A stretch of 64,000 bases of DNA from Octopus vulgaris (taxonomy: Eukaryota). The notes under the pieces are model-generated. The model made no database searches. It saw nothing but the letters and a program-made list of their open reading frames with translations, and was not told the origin of the DNA. Positions within the stretch are counted from its first letter, which is position 1, and each line of letters begins with the position of its first letter. This document shows positions 12,361 through 25,260 of this stretch, one piece after another. The stretch lies in contig OX597828.1 of assembly GCA_951406725.2 (NCBI GenBank), positions 22,444,001 to 22,508,000 of the forward strand. Reading direction: 5' to 3'. The translations under genes were made by a program, and so were the position numbers.

Positions 12361-13547
12361 ATTAAAATATGCTGTATATAACGATAAAATGGTATTAATG
12401 ATAATAATGAAGCGGCTTGCAAGATAAAATATTCAAACAAAATGTTATATGGTATTTAGAATACTACTTGCTCTAAACGGAGCTATCGTGAAATAGAGAT
12501 TGAAAACGATGTTAATATTGACCAGAGAAAGAAATGTTTCTATTTACGAGGTTCCTGTCTTTATTCTTACTGAAAAGGTCTTTATAATCTATGTTACAGA
12601 ATGCTGTGAGCTTGAAGTATGACTTCATCAGACTAGTCAATGATTGCATACCTTTAGCATTAGGCACATATTCCCCATAAATTCTGACTATTGCATAACT
12701 CTTAGCTTCTTGAAACAAATGTCGAGATTTTGCATTGCAAAACTTCCCCTATATATTTTCTTTATATTTATTAACTATATTTCGCACTCCATGAAAATTA
12801 TATACAAGAAGCCTAAATCAGTTAATCTACCTCACAGCCTCCATACAATCTACAATCCGATATCACTTTATAACCGCTCTTGATATCGTGGGCCAAGCCT
12901 TGGATGAAAAAGTCAAAATTTAAATTCCCATTCATTAGAGCATTACTCTAAACTAAGCTTATGTAACTCTCACCAACATACTGTAATGCTTACGTTAAGT
13001 TATTGAGTTTTCCTTCTCGTTATTTCGCTGAATACCTCAACTATTCATACGCATACACACATATTATCTCACACAGAAATACTCACAGATACATGCCTTA
13101 TTACTCTGTAAATGTATAGTGGTAACTACTTCTAACTCCACCACAATTAGGTCTTATGAGACAGACATGGAATTAAATCATGAATACAACACAAACGTCG
13201 ATATCATCCAGAGTAAATGCTCTAATTTGATGACATTGAGAAGATTTCATTGACCAAAAGGTCGTTGAACAGACGTCAACACGTATCAGCTCCATTGAAC
13301 TAAAATGGCGGATAATGTTGTCGATAATTCCCTAACTGCATGTATTACGTGCGCAAAAATGCTGCACATAAAATCTCATATACATAAGAATAAATATTAA
13401 ATACAAGCACAATGGCAAACATATTCGCACGTATATTCACATACGCACACACATGTACGGATGACGTCCACATAAAAGATACACATAATAGTACATATAC
13501 ATACCTGCAAACATGCTTACATATATACACATATATGTATATATACA

Positions 13548-13607
<60 letters not shown>

Positions 13608-13626
13608 CATAAATTTACATACATAC

Positions 13627-13676
<50 letters not shown>

Positions 13677-13925
13677 TAATATATAGTATAATCACATACT
13701 CATGTATTCGGTGAACAAACACGGTACAGAAATTGGTATACATATATGTTGATATTAAATGATATTAATACATACATATACAAGCATGGATTATATCCGC
13801 ACATATGCTATGCACGCCAATATATTAATACATATATCAATATAAAATGCATCCACACCTCCACACTTACACACACACGTCTACGCATTGCTTCCCAATA
13901 CATTCTACATGTATATATATTTATA

Positions 13926-13966
<41 letters not shown>

Positions 13967-13968
13967 AC

Positions 13969-14018
<50 letters not shown>

Positions 14019-14389
14019 TTATGTATATGCGTGAGTGCACGCGTGCTCGTGTGAGTACACATCTATATGCATGTATGTATGTATATATATATATTGAATA
14101 TAAACGTGGATCCACATATACATCCACAATCGTACACAGAAACGAACGAACACGCCGCAATCTTGTGAGTTATTTGATTGTTTTGTTATCTTACTCATTT
14201 ACTGGTTTCAGTCTTTGGGCAAAGGCCATGCTATAGCACATCCTGCAAGAGTATGTTATAGTTTTTTTCGGTTATATACACCCAGGTTAAACATTCTATT
14301 AATTGATTGGTTTTGGTCGTTGAATTTACGTAATGCAAAGCAACATAAGGCACTGAATATTGAACGAGAGAGAATGAGAGTAAAATATA

Positions 14390-14960
14390 GAATATACTGA
14401 GAGGAAGGTGTGAAGAAAAGAAAGAGAGGGAAGTGAAGAGAGTAGAAGAAACAGAGAATAAGTATTGGAGAGATGAATTAGGAGACGGAAGAGATGAGAA
14501 AGTAAGCTGATGGTGGAGAAAGCGATAGTATCTGAAACAGGGATGAGGCAAGACAGGAAACGCAGAGTGAAGGAGAGAGGAAAAGGGTGACCAAAAGATA
14601 AGATGGAGGAGAGAAATGGTGGAGGGAACAGTGAAAAGAAAGTGAAAGTGAAGTTGAGAAAGCGGGAAAAATGGAAGGAGGAGGTGAAAGCTCAAGGTAG
14701 CGGGACAGAAACGGAGGACAAGAGAAAGAGAAAGAAGGGTCTGTGATTAGTGGGGACAAACAAGGATTAGGTAAAATTGAGTGAGTAGGAGGACGAGAGA
14801 CTGGGGGATGTAAAGAAGAGAAAGCAAAATAGACACAAGTAGAAGGTGAAGGACAGGGAAACATTGAGAGGGAATGCATTTATTGAGTTGGATAGAGATT
14901 TGGATAAGGAGATGGAGATGTTAAGGTAGAAATCTACGCAGGAAATTCGTTCAGCAATCA
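14390..14960 (-). pseudogene. Possible old PLE fragment (purine-skewed 3' region and short RT-like remnant)
   Basis: SCVDFYLNISISLSKSLSNSI resembles SVSFLDISVSILHSTLTTSI of the PLE RT; same strand skew as 18650-18960. Confidence 0.3.
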
Positions 14961-15455
14961 AGGATTCCTTGATTCGATCTCATCTCACAGCACCATCACT
15001 ATTCTTCATAGTCAGCAATCAACTTGTTCAGTGTAAAGCAAGTCAATGCCGAAGACAGCACTGCCTAGTTGAGTGGAATAACAAATACACTAAGGGTTCA
15101 AATTGTCCAAGGAATTCTCAACCAGATGCACTATTATTCAGGGATGGACTGTGGCTTTAAATGAAAGGGCAACCCATTTCACATACACTGACAATCACCA
15201 TGTTAATGATGTAACGCACGGAAAGAATTATACATATATGTATGTGTGTGTGTCTGTGTGTGTGTGTATGTGTTAATCTGTATATATATATCACGTCATG
15301 TCACGTCACGTGACCGACCAGGTTATCAGATGTTGCTACACATCGCTGGTCACAAAGCGCTTCGCATTGTTTTATCCTTCAAATGATGCCACCCCGCTAG
15401 CTAAGCGAGCAGGTCATATACATATATTTATATATGTGTGTGTGTATATGTATAT

Positions 15456-15913
15456 AAAATACACTATAAATTTAAACACATTAAAATGTTTCCCTCATAG
15501 GAACCCTTTACGCTTGAAAGAACAGCTAAATTCCAAACCACTAATTAGGGATAAATTCTCGAAAGTAAAAACATTTACCATCTCTTTCCTGGACCATGGT
15601 TTCTGACTTATTTTAGTAAATAAAATAATTTACCAGGCGAAGTCTTCTTCAACAGGTCGCCAAGATTAAATATATAACCAACGAGGCCAATAGAGCATGT
15701 GCCTCTTGCTTATACATTTTAATCTTTTTCAAATCCACCGCGCAAGCGCAGTCGTTTTTGTCGGTAGTAAATTCTTCGAACGAATGCACCAGATATCATT
15801 ATACGTAATTAATAATATCTGTGTAATAAAGATTTTAGAAAATTTTACTACCAGCGACCTAGCGTATAGGAAAATTAGTCAATAGACTATATATTATTCA
15901 TATAACATACAGT

Positions 15914-15977
<64 letters not shown>

Positions 15978-16079
15978 CAGTGTACATTTAAACACATTAA
16001 GAGGTTTCCATCATAGGAAACCTTTACGCTAGAAAGAACAGCTAAAGTTCAAACCACTAGTTAGGGATAAATACTCGAA
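15456..16079 (+). repeat. ~110-bp diverged direct repeat (15456-15563 and 15972-16079)
   Basis: aaaataca...tttaaacacattaa...cctttacgct.gaaagaacagctaaa...ttagggataaat.ctcgaa occurs twice. Confidence 0.75.
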
Positions 16080-16081
16080 GG

Positions 16082-16109
<28 letters not shown>

Positions 16110-16123
<14 letters not shown>

Positions 16124-16621
16124 AGCATTTTGTCTGTCTGTGTGTCTGTCAGGTTGTACCCTCACCCTGACCACGGCTTTCAACCGATTCTGTTGAAACT
16201 TGACACACACATAGCCCAATGTCATAATTCAAAACTAACGCAGCGAAAATTTTGAAAAGTTCCCCCAGTTCTGAAAAAAATTAATAAATTCGACATGGGG
16301 TCGAGAATCTAAGCTTTTTATTTGCAACACATTTTCTGTTGTAGTTTTCGCAACTTGCAATCGATTTTGACCAAACTCATGGTGAAGCTTAATGTTACCC
16401 TAAGAAACTTAATTCTGACGTTAGTTTTTCATGCAATACCTTACCATCAGAAAAAATCGATAAAATCATGCCATTTTTTGAAATCGCGTTCAAATTCAAG
16501 ATGACATATTTTCGACAATATCTTTCACAAATTGGCAGGAATTTTTTTAAAATTCACAGCGAGCATCATCTCTGCTCCAGGGGCTCTTACATACCCGGGC
16601 AATGCCGGGCTATGCTGCTAG
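16110..16621 (+). mobile_element. Non-autonomous Helitron
   Basis: 3' hairpin cccgggcaatgccggg then CTAG; 5' part shared with the copy at 57073. Confidence 0.75.
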
Positions 16622-17180
16622 TGTATATATATATATATATATAAGCTAATACACACACACATTCGCTCACGGATCACGTCGTGCCTGATCAAGTATCCTC
16701 ACATAGAAAAGCTATCCATCCGTAAATATGGAACATTCTTTTTTTCGCAGAAAGCTGTATCCGGGATTACATTTTCCACTATGTCTCCGAAGTAAAGAAG
16801 GCAAGAAGATTAAAATGACTCTGAAGACGACACATGAAATCAAATATATATTTACAATATTCACAAGGTCTACATTCATGTAGACTTAGTGACTAGAAGA
16901 TGAATACGTCTGTGAATATGCTGGGATATTTCTATGTGGATGTATGTACAAGACATCATCTAGAACATTCGTGTGTAAGGAATTTTCCAAGCATCCAACA
17001 ATACATACAAGGACACACCTACACTCACTAACGCACAGATACATACAACTGTGTGTATGGGTGTTGTTTTTGTGTGTGCATGTGTGTATATATATCTACA
17101 TATCTACAAAACGTATATAAATCTATTTATAAGGCTACATATGAGCATATATATAAATATATGTATATATACATAATTAA

Positions 17181-17244
<64 letters not shown>

Positions 17245-17329
17245 GTATATAAATACATGTATGAATATACGTGCAGACATTAAAGTATACACAAACATAG
17301 ATATAAAGATACATACATATATGTATATA

Positions 17330-17387
<58 letters not shown>

Positions 17388-17626
17388 TATAAACCGATAA
17401 AAATATATCCGTGCGTAAGAATATTTATAGATAGATCTGTGTATATATGTATATATCTATATGAATATATATAACGTATTCATACTTTATAAATAGGAAG
17501 GTGTGTTTGTGTGAGTGTGTGTGCGTGAGTGTATAAACACAAATCTATATATTCGTATCTGTATTTTTCAATATCTCTGTATGTCTTTATATTTCTCTCT
17601 CTACATCTATAGCTACGCACACATAC

Positions 17627-17657
<31 letters not shown>

Positions 17658-18067
17658 CGTGTATGTGTATATATGCATATATACACACACACACTCACAT
17701 AGATAATATACAATTGTAAATATGACTTACGGTACGTATTGTAGCTTTAATCCATTAATGGTCTTACACTCAAGTCTCTGATTTCTCTAAGTGGAAAATC
17801 CGAAAGTCTTCGGGCATGCGAGAATATAAGTAATATAAAGGCTGGAAACAGAAAATCGCCGATGTTAATCATACACACAAAGAATCACAGGTGCAAATAT
17901 ACACCTACACATCCGCTTCCACACCTGTAAATAAATATATTCAAATATATATATATATATATATATATAACGGGAAGCTTTATGAAAATAAACAAAAGAC
18001 GAAGGCAGGTGGAAAACAAACGAACAATTGTATTAGTATGGCGCTCAGGAAATATAAATAAAACAAG

Positions 18068-18105
18068 TCTTTAACGTTTCGAGCCTACGCTCTTCAACAG
18101 AAAGA
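18068..18105 (-). ncRNA. Minimal type I hammerhead in the PLE terminal repeat, variant core CUGUUGA
   Basis: tcttt-CTGTTGA-a-gagc(gtag)gctc-GAAA-c-GTT-aaaga. Confidence 0.75.
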
Positions 18106-18338
18106 TACACAGAGAGAGAAAAACACAGAAAGAAGGAGAGAAAAAAAATGCGTGCAGTAGCTAACGAATCAACATGGCGATCTGATTTCGGCCAGAGGTC
18201 AAAGATCAAACATGAGACGCGAGAGCGAAATAAGGGGAGATAATAGGGTTGATAATTGGGTTGAGGGACCAGCTAAAAGTGCGTGGGAGGGGTCTGGATG
18301 TGTGTATGTATAGGGTTGGTGTATGTATTAGTATGTAT

Positions 18339-18369
<31 letters not shown>

Positions 18370-18642
18370 AGAGTATTAGTGCGTAAGATTGGTCTGGACG
18401 TGCGTATGTATGGGGTTGGTGGATGTATTAGTATGTATTAGTATGTATTAGTACGTATTGGTATGTATAGGTGTGTGTGTGTGTGTGAGAGAGAGTATAA
18501 GTGCGTATGCGGAGTCTGGACGTGTGTATGTATAGGGTTGGTGTAAGTATTAGTATGTACTAGTATGTATTAGTACGTATTAGTATGTATTAGTTGGTGT
18601 GTGTATTAGTATGGCACATCATATGTGATGTGATGTGTAAAG

Positions 18643-20667
18643 TCATGTGGTGTAGTGAGGAGAAGAGGGGAGGGGGAGAAGAGGGGGAGAGAAGGGGAGG
18701 GGAAGAAGAGGGGGAGGAGAAGGGGGAGAGGAGAGGATGGGGGAGAAGGAAGGGGATGAGGGGGATGAAGGAGGAAAGAGGGAGAGGGGGAGAGAGAAGG
18801 GGAGAGAGGGAGTGAGGGAGCAGAGGGAAGGGGAAGAGGGAGGGAGAAAGAGGGAAGAAGGGAAGGGGAGTAGGGGTGAAAGGATGAAGGACTGAAGAAG
18901 TAGGGGTCGGGTGGAGAAAGGATAGGTGAGGAGGGGGGAGAGGGGGTTAGATGAGGAGGGGGGAGAGTTGAGACCAAATGGCGTATAAGAGCGAAGAGAG
19001 AAGATTAATTCCTGTTCACGGCGCAAACGGGAATCCGGATGGCCTCTGTGTAAGGACAAACCGAACACAGATAGGTGTTGCAAGGAGTGACCGGTGGAGC
19101 GGAAATGGCGTGAGACCGGTGTGTCGTTCGCAAGGTGGATGTCACGAAGGTGTTCCGCGAACCGGTCAGCCAAGCGGCGTCCCGTTTGTCCGATGTACAA
19201 GGAATTGCAGAGAGAGCAAGAGATGCAATAGATAATATTGCTGGAGGTGCAGGTGAAGGAGTGGATGATGGGATAGGGTCGATGGTGGGTGCTAGTGAGG
19301 CGGGTGGTGTTGGAGAGGTAAGGGCAAGTGCGGCAACGTGGGCGGGAGCAGGGGAACGAGCCGGGTTGGGAGGTAGGGTCAGGGAAGGAGCTATGGACCA
19401 AAAGGTCTCGAATGTTGTGGGCTCGTTTGAAAGAGGGGAGGGGTCGGTTAGGGAAGAGGTGTGAAGTGGACGGGTCGGACTGGAGATGACGGAAAGCTCG
19501 AAGAATGGTGCGTTGGAGACGTAGGGTCGTGGGGTGGTAAGTGAGGGGAAAAGGGAGGCGGGAGACTACAGGGCGGGTTCGGGGAGAGAGAGCAGATACA
19601 CGGTCCACGGACCGTGCTCTGGCAAGGGCGGTGTGGATAGTGGTGAGGGGGTATCCACGTAGGGTGAAGTGGTGAGCCATACGTTGAGACTGAGTCTCAA
19701 AGTCATGGTCGTCACTACAGAGCCTACGTAGACGGAGGAATTGGGAATAGGGGATGGAAAGCTTGGTGTGTTCTGGGTGGGAGGAAGAGAAGTTGAGGTA
19801 TGAGTGTGAGTCTGTGTGTTTGTAGTGAATGGAGGTGGTAAGAGTGGAGTGAAGAATGCTAACCGAAATGTCGAGGAAGGAGACAGAGGTGTTGGAGATA
19901 GTGGAAGTGAAGTGGAGGGCTGGATGGAAAGATTGGACGAAAGAGAGGAAGGAATCTAGATGTTCGCGGGAGAGTGAGGTGGCACCGATAATGTCGTCAA
20001 TATAACGACCATATAGTTCAGGAGTGGGACCAGTGAAATTAGAGAATATTTGGGCCTCAACATAGCCAACGAACAGGTTCGCATAGTTGGGGCCCATTCG
20101 CGTTCCCATGGCCACTCCCGAGACCTGATGGTAGAACTCGCCCGCGAACGAGAAGCAGTTCAGAGTAAGGACAAGTTCGGCCAGACGAATGAGTGTGGAG
20201 GTGTCAGGTACAGGGTTAGAGCGGAGGTCAAGAAAGTGTCGAAGGGCCTGCAGTCCTTCGTGGTGAGGGATAACAGTATAGAGGCTTTGGATGTCCATAG
20301 TAAAAAGGATTTTGGAGGAGCCGGGAGGAAAGGAGAAAGAGTTGAAAAGCCGGAGAGCATGGTTGGTATCGTGGATGTGGGAGGGAAGAGATGCCACTAG
20401 GGGGGCAAGGACACGGTCGAGGTATTTAGAGATGAGCTCCGTGGGGCAGTTACAGGCGGAGACGATGGGGCGGCCAGGGTTGTTGGGTTTGTGGATTTTG
20501 GGGAGGAAGTAAATGGTGGGGGTACGTGGGGTTCGCACAATTAGGTTGGATGCGGTGCGGGGGAGACGGGAGGACGAGATGAGGTCTTGGACAGTAGAGG
20601 ATACCGTCTGTTGGTAGCTACGTGTGGGGTTAGAGGGCAGAGGGGAATAGAAGGAGGTGTCATTGAG
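18643..20667 (-). CDS. PLE reverse transcriptase - Cys linker - GIY-YIG endonuclease (no start codon, 5' truncated)
   Basis: YFLPKIHK..GRPIVS, MDIQSLYT, QVSGVAMGTRMGP, RYIDD, SFLD, CSRPRCRTC, IIYCISC...LYIGQTGRRLADRFAEH, GLN; frame stays open 43 codons upstream of the called ORF start (LNDTSFY...). Confidence 0.95.
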   Translation of the reverse strand, partial: LNDTSFYSPLPSNPTRSYQQTVSSTVQDLISSSRLPRTASNLIVRTPRTPTIYFLPKIHKPNNPGRPIVSACNCPTELISKYLDRVLAPLVASLPSHIHDTNHALRLFNSFSFPPGSSKILFTMDIQSLYTVIPHHEGLQALRHFLDLRSNPVPDTSTLIRLAELVLTLNCFSFAGEFYHQVSGVAMGTRMGPNYANLFVGYVEAQIFSNFTGPTPELYGRYIDDIIGATSLSREHLDSFLSFVQSFHPALHFTSTISNTSVSFLDISVSILHSTLTTSIHYKHTDSHSYLNFSSSHPEHTKLSIPYSQFLRLRRLCSDDHDFETQSQRMAHHFTLRGYPLTTIHTALARARSVDRVSALSPRTRPVVSRLPFPLTYHPTTLRLQRTILRAFRHLQSDPSTSHLFPNRPLPSFKRAHNIRDLLVHSSFPDPTSQPGSFPCSRPRCRTCPYLSNTTRLTSTHHRPYPIIHSFTCTSSNIIYCISCSLCNSLYIGQTGRRLADRFAEHLRDIHLANDTPVSRHFRSTGHSLQHLSVFGLSLHRGHPDSRLRREQELIFSLRSYTPFGLNSPPSSSNPLSPLLTYPFSTRPLLLQSFILSPLLPFPSSLFLPPSSPSLCSLTPSLPFSLPLSLFPPSSPSSPSFSPILSSPPSPPPLLPLPFSPPLLPLPSSPHYTT

Positions 20668-20777
20668 TTATATATATATATATGAATATGTGTACGTATA
20701 TATAGTGTATATTAAATTATTTACTATATATAGAAAACATTCTATATAAATAGTTAGAGCTACTAACTTATATATCG

Positions 20778-21150
20778 GTTGCAGGCGTCAGTGCTTTGTG
20801 AGAAGTCTTCTTGCAAACAGCAACGTCCCGGTTTCAGTCCCACGTTGGGCAAGTGTCTCTCCAGTAGCTTCGAGATGACGGAATTTGTAGACGGCATGCG
20901 AAAGAAGACGATTTTTGTGTATGTATATGTGTGTGTGTATGTATGTATGTGTGTATGTGTGTATGTGTGTATGCGTGTGTGCGTCACGGTGTGTGTATCA
21001 AAAAGCGTGAGTATGTAAGTATTTATCACTATGTGGCTTTCCATTTGTACGTCTCCATCTCTTGTCGGGTTGTAATGATTCGTGGACGCCTCCCGCACCC
21101 GTTACTTAGCTGCTGACGAAAAATAAAAATGACAGAATAAATAACGGACT
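20778..21150 (+). mobile_element. Degenerate SINE family A
   Basis: ttcagtcccacgttgggcaagtgtc...gaatttgtagacgg. Confidence 0.55.
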
Positions 21151-21321
21151 GAAAAGGGTACTCGCTTGCATTCATTCAACGCGATACCCGCACTCCAATT
21201 TTTGCTACACGCGTGTTATATAAATTTTATACAATTTATGCAACATTGATTACATGTGTATATTTACATATGTAATATCTTCATATCTATCTATCTATCT
21301 ATCAATCTATCTATCTATATA

Positions 21322-21600
21322 CTAGCAGTATCGCCCGGCGTTGCTCGGGTTTGTAAGGGAAATAACTATATAAGAATTTTTAGAGAGTTACTTCCCTTAT
21401 ATAATAGCAAAAATGCATTAAAATGAAAAAAAATGATGGTAAATCATCGTAGACGCGCGCTAATACCCAGAAGGGCTCGATATGAATCACGACTATAAGA
21501 TGCCCGCTTTTTGTTAAACTGCACCGCAAAATATGGGAGTAGTTAGGAATCTAAATCGTAGGAGACAGACACCACACAACTTTTCTTTTATATATATAGA
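21322..21600 (-). mobile_element. Non-autonomous Helitron
   Basis: 5' TC and 3' hairpin cccgagcaacgccggg + CTAG on the minus strand. Confidence 0.8.
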
Positions 21601-21880
21601 TATATATACATATACACACACACATAAATGTATATGTGTGTGTATTTGTGTGTTTTATATGTGGACGTGTGTGTGCATGCTTGTGTGTATGTGTGCCTGT
21701 GTGTGCATGTGTAGCTGTGTGTGTGTGTGGTGTACAAGTAATTAACCTGAATGGTGTATTTTGTGTAAGTATATAAATATGATGTCGTTTGCACAATATC
21801 GTGAAATCAATTCCGCGTTTCAGCATCGTATACACACGCGTACACACACACAAACACACACACACACACACACTCTCTCC

Positions 21881-21951
<71 letters not shown>

Positions 21952-22566
21952 GCATATGTATATATATGTATATTTATTTATATAGTTATGCATGTACGTA
22001 CATACGTGTCTGAGTGTATGTGTGCGTGTACGAATATCGGTGAGCCTGTAAATTAAACGTAGGCATCATGACCATAACTATATTCTTATCTATATATATG
22101 CTATGTCAGCTTTAATATAACTACCATATATGTGTGTTTGCGTTTGTGTGTATGTGTGTGTGTGTGTGTGAGTGTGCGTGTGTGTTCGATGCGTTTGAAG
22201 AATCTAAGAGATTTATGATTTCTGGATTCAAAATGGAATCCCAGATTCAATGGATTACAAAAGAAATATAGTGAATATATCCAAACCATTATTATTGTAA
22301 CCGGTTGTCTGGCGTAACTTGATGCATAAATATCAATTTTGCATATACATCCATGCATACATACATAAAAGCATACATGCATACATGCATAAATACATTT
22401 ACGTATATATATATATATATAAACATACAAATATACATGTAAATATATATATATTTATATATGTATATATACACATATATATATATAAGTACATATATGT
22501 ACATGCATATACATGTACACACATACAAGCATACATGCATGCAAATATACATGCATACATGTATAT

Positions 22567-22635
<69 letters not shown>

Positions 22636-22851
22636 TTGCATACCCACAAACATGCATTAACATTTGGACATAGTTAAATTACTCTCAAACGGATCACAGA
22701 TGTACATTTTAGTTTGGTTTACTTGACATTATGTTCAGCCTAAGATGAGAAATATTTAAATGCGAAATCTCTTCCTTGACTCAAGCATTTCATATATAAA
22801 GAGTGGAAAAAAGGAAAGGGGGTACAGTGAACTTGCTGTGAGGACTGGAAT

Positions 22852-22887
22852 ATCCAACGTTTCGGATTTAATCCTTCGCCAGGAGTC
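22852..22887 (-). ncRNA. Decayed minimal hammerhead in a probable pLTR remnant (~22790-22930)
   Basis: gactc-CTGGCGA-a-ggat(taa)atcc-GAAA-c-GTT-ggat; core A-to-G change and weak stem I. Confidence 0.6.
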
Positions 22888-23854
22888 AGAGGAAAAGGAA
22901 AGAAAAGGAGAAAAAAGAGTTTACATCCTCTCAGATTATCATACCCATTTCATAAATATATAATAGTCTGGTAATTCTGTGTTTTTCGTCGAATCTCGAT
23001 CACAGTAGCTCACTTCACTTTGTCTGTCTCTCTCTCTCTCCCTCTTTTTCTCCCCTCCTCTCTCCGAATAAATGAAACTGTATATTTACGAATCATTCTT
23101 GTTTATGTTGATCAAGAACACATTTATTGATGATGTATTCACATGCATTCTCATATGCACACGTACTAGCAGGCCTTCACATATTAATTGCTTGTAACAA
23201 TCATATAGTACCAAGCATTTTCGCAATCATAATATGCAACCAATTATGCTAAAATTAATACTGTGTCCTATATTTTTGTGTTAGCAGTGCGATTCAATCA
23301 CTTTTAATATATCTCTACAAATATTATATAAAATTTAGAACCAGGACCGGAAGATACGACTTTTAATATACTGATATAATGGGTTGTTTATGTATCCACA
23401 AACGATTACGAAGATGCATAGTCATATGCATCTGCATATCGGAATGTATAAAAGCATTTTCAAACATGAGTTTCAAAGCCGTATTACTATCTTTAGATGC
23501 GAAGATAAACAACGAATTAAAATAATTTCAAGCCTCATATGGCAATGATAAAAATAATAATTGCTGCCGTAACGTTACCTTGTAAGCTTGAGCTCGCAAA
23601 TTGTCTTGAATTTTCGCTGGTTTATCTAAAAATGAAAACTGCGACATCAAGTCGCTGAGTACGAAATCAAAATGTTACATATAATTACAATGAGCAGCAA
23701 TAGATTTATAGTCATTCTCCGAAAGATCATTAGTAAAATCCTCTGCAGATTAAAATGGAAAAGAAAAAACGAAGAGCCCAGAGCCCAAAGTATTTGTGAG
23801 ATCCTGCTGCCTGCATATAACATCAATCTCCCTCTGCGCCCGTGCTCAATGGCG

Positions 23855-23985
23855 TTTATTTTATTGACCAAAGAATGGAAGGCAAAAGTCGACCTCAATG
23901 GCATTAAAAGTCAGAGCGTAAAGACGGACGAAATGCCGCTAAGTATTTCGTTCGAAATGTTAACGATCCTGACGGCTCGCCGCCG
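23855..23985 (-). mobile_element. Degenerate Nin/Deu-domain SINE (family B)
   Basis: ggcaaaagtcgacctc...gacgaaatgccgctaagtatttcg. Confidence 0.65.
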
Positions 23986-24456
23986 TAATATTTGCTAGTT
24001 AATGAGTGTTTAACTGTGTAAATGCGTATAAACATATATACATACCCATAAACACACACGCATGTGCACACACGCACAAATGCATTCATACGAACACACA
24101 CACACACTCACGTGCACACAGACACACTAGACACATACAAAACACTATAGACACGCACAAACACACACACATAGGTGTTAAGCGCATAGGCGGGCATCCC
24201 CAGTGGTGTTTAATATGATTGTTTATCCTAGCGAGTGTGGATATGCAGGATTAAATAATGATGGCTTCCACTTGATATCGAATATAACATATGAGCCTGT
24301 ACCATACTTTTCGCCTACTGATATAGTCGCCAGTTTGTATGTGGCTGTTACAGAGAGTGAGAAAGGGAGAGAATGGGTAGAGAGAGAAAGACAGGCAGAG
24401 AAGAGACAGATAGATAGATTACTATATACATACATACATATATATATATATATATG

Positions 24457-24520
<64 letters not shown>

Positions 24521-24551
24521 TGTATGTATGAATGTATGTATATATAAGCAT

Positions 24552-24709
24552 AGGTGCAGGAGCGGCTGTGTAGTAAGTAACTTTCTTATGAACCACATGG
24601 CTCTGGATGCAGTCCTACTGCGTGGCACCTTGGGCAAGTGTCTCCTTCTATAGCCTCAGGCCGACCAGAACATTGTGAGTGAATTTGGTAGACGGAAATT
24701 GAAAGAAAA

Positions 24710-24715
<6 letters not shown>
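24552..24715 (+). mobile_element. SINE family A, 5' half
   Basis: Homology to 7136-7522. Confidence 0.8.
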
Positions 24716-24762
<47 letters not shown>

Positions 24763-24767
<5 letters not shown>

Positions 24768-24910
24768 AACCAAAGATGAACAAAGAGAAAACACAACAAC
24801 GCGAGGACGTGGAACAAGTATAGTGTTATTGGACGCTCAGGAAAGAAGGAAAGAAGGAGAATTTAACGTTTCAAGCGGAGCTCTTCGTCACAAACATAGA
24901 AAAAAGAAAG
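24763..24910 (-). mobile_element. pLTR remnant related to the Neptune terminal repeat, with hammerhead at 24862-24894
   Basis: ttt-GTGACGA-a-gagc(tcc)gctt-GAAA-c-GTT-aaa followed by ttcctgagcg. Confidence 0.7.
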
Positions 24911-24911
24911 G

Positions 24912-25240
24912 TAAACACAAGAGAAATTACCTTTATCAGGTAATTTTATACGCTAGAAGAAGCAGTCAAAACGATCAAAATCACATTTAAAAGCAATTTC
25001 GAAGGGAATGGAAAATTGGCCGTTTTCACTGCTTCTTTTAGCGTGTAAAATTACCTGTTAAAGGTAAATTTTCTTGTGTTTAAATGTACACTATTTTATA
25101 TTGAGAATATGTTGTCCATTGACTTTTTACACATGCTAGGCCACTGGTGGTGAAATTTCTACAAATATTCGCTACCCAATATATTTTAAGTGAAGTGAAC
25201 CTACTATTTTCTTATACGTGTCCCTACACTATTCATGTAT
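24912..25240. repeat. Element with a ~67-bp imperfect inverted repeat (24912-24978 / 25016-25082) plus tail
   Basis: Direct comparison. Confidence 0.7.
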
Positions 25241-25260
25241 TTTATATGTGAATATATATG

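Larger units (their letters stand above)
17970..20669 (-). mobile_element. 5'-truncated Penelope-like retroelement (Neptune-type) inserted in (TA)n
   Basis: Open RT + GIY-YIG frame, microsatellite-rich 3' UTR, HHR-bearing terminal repeat, (TA)n on both flanks. Confidence 0.95.

Noticed and set aside
16817-16845. CTGAAGA...GAAA motif
   Set aside because: No stem II or stem I pairing; similar chance hits at 4793, 60466 and 63690
18978-20512. Plus-strand ORFs overlapping the PLE
   Set aside because: Antisense shadows of a GC-rich coding frame, with no recognisable motifs
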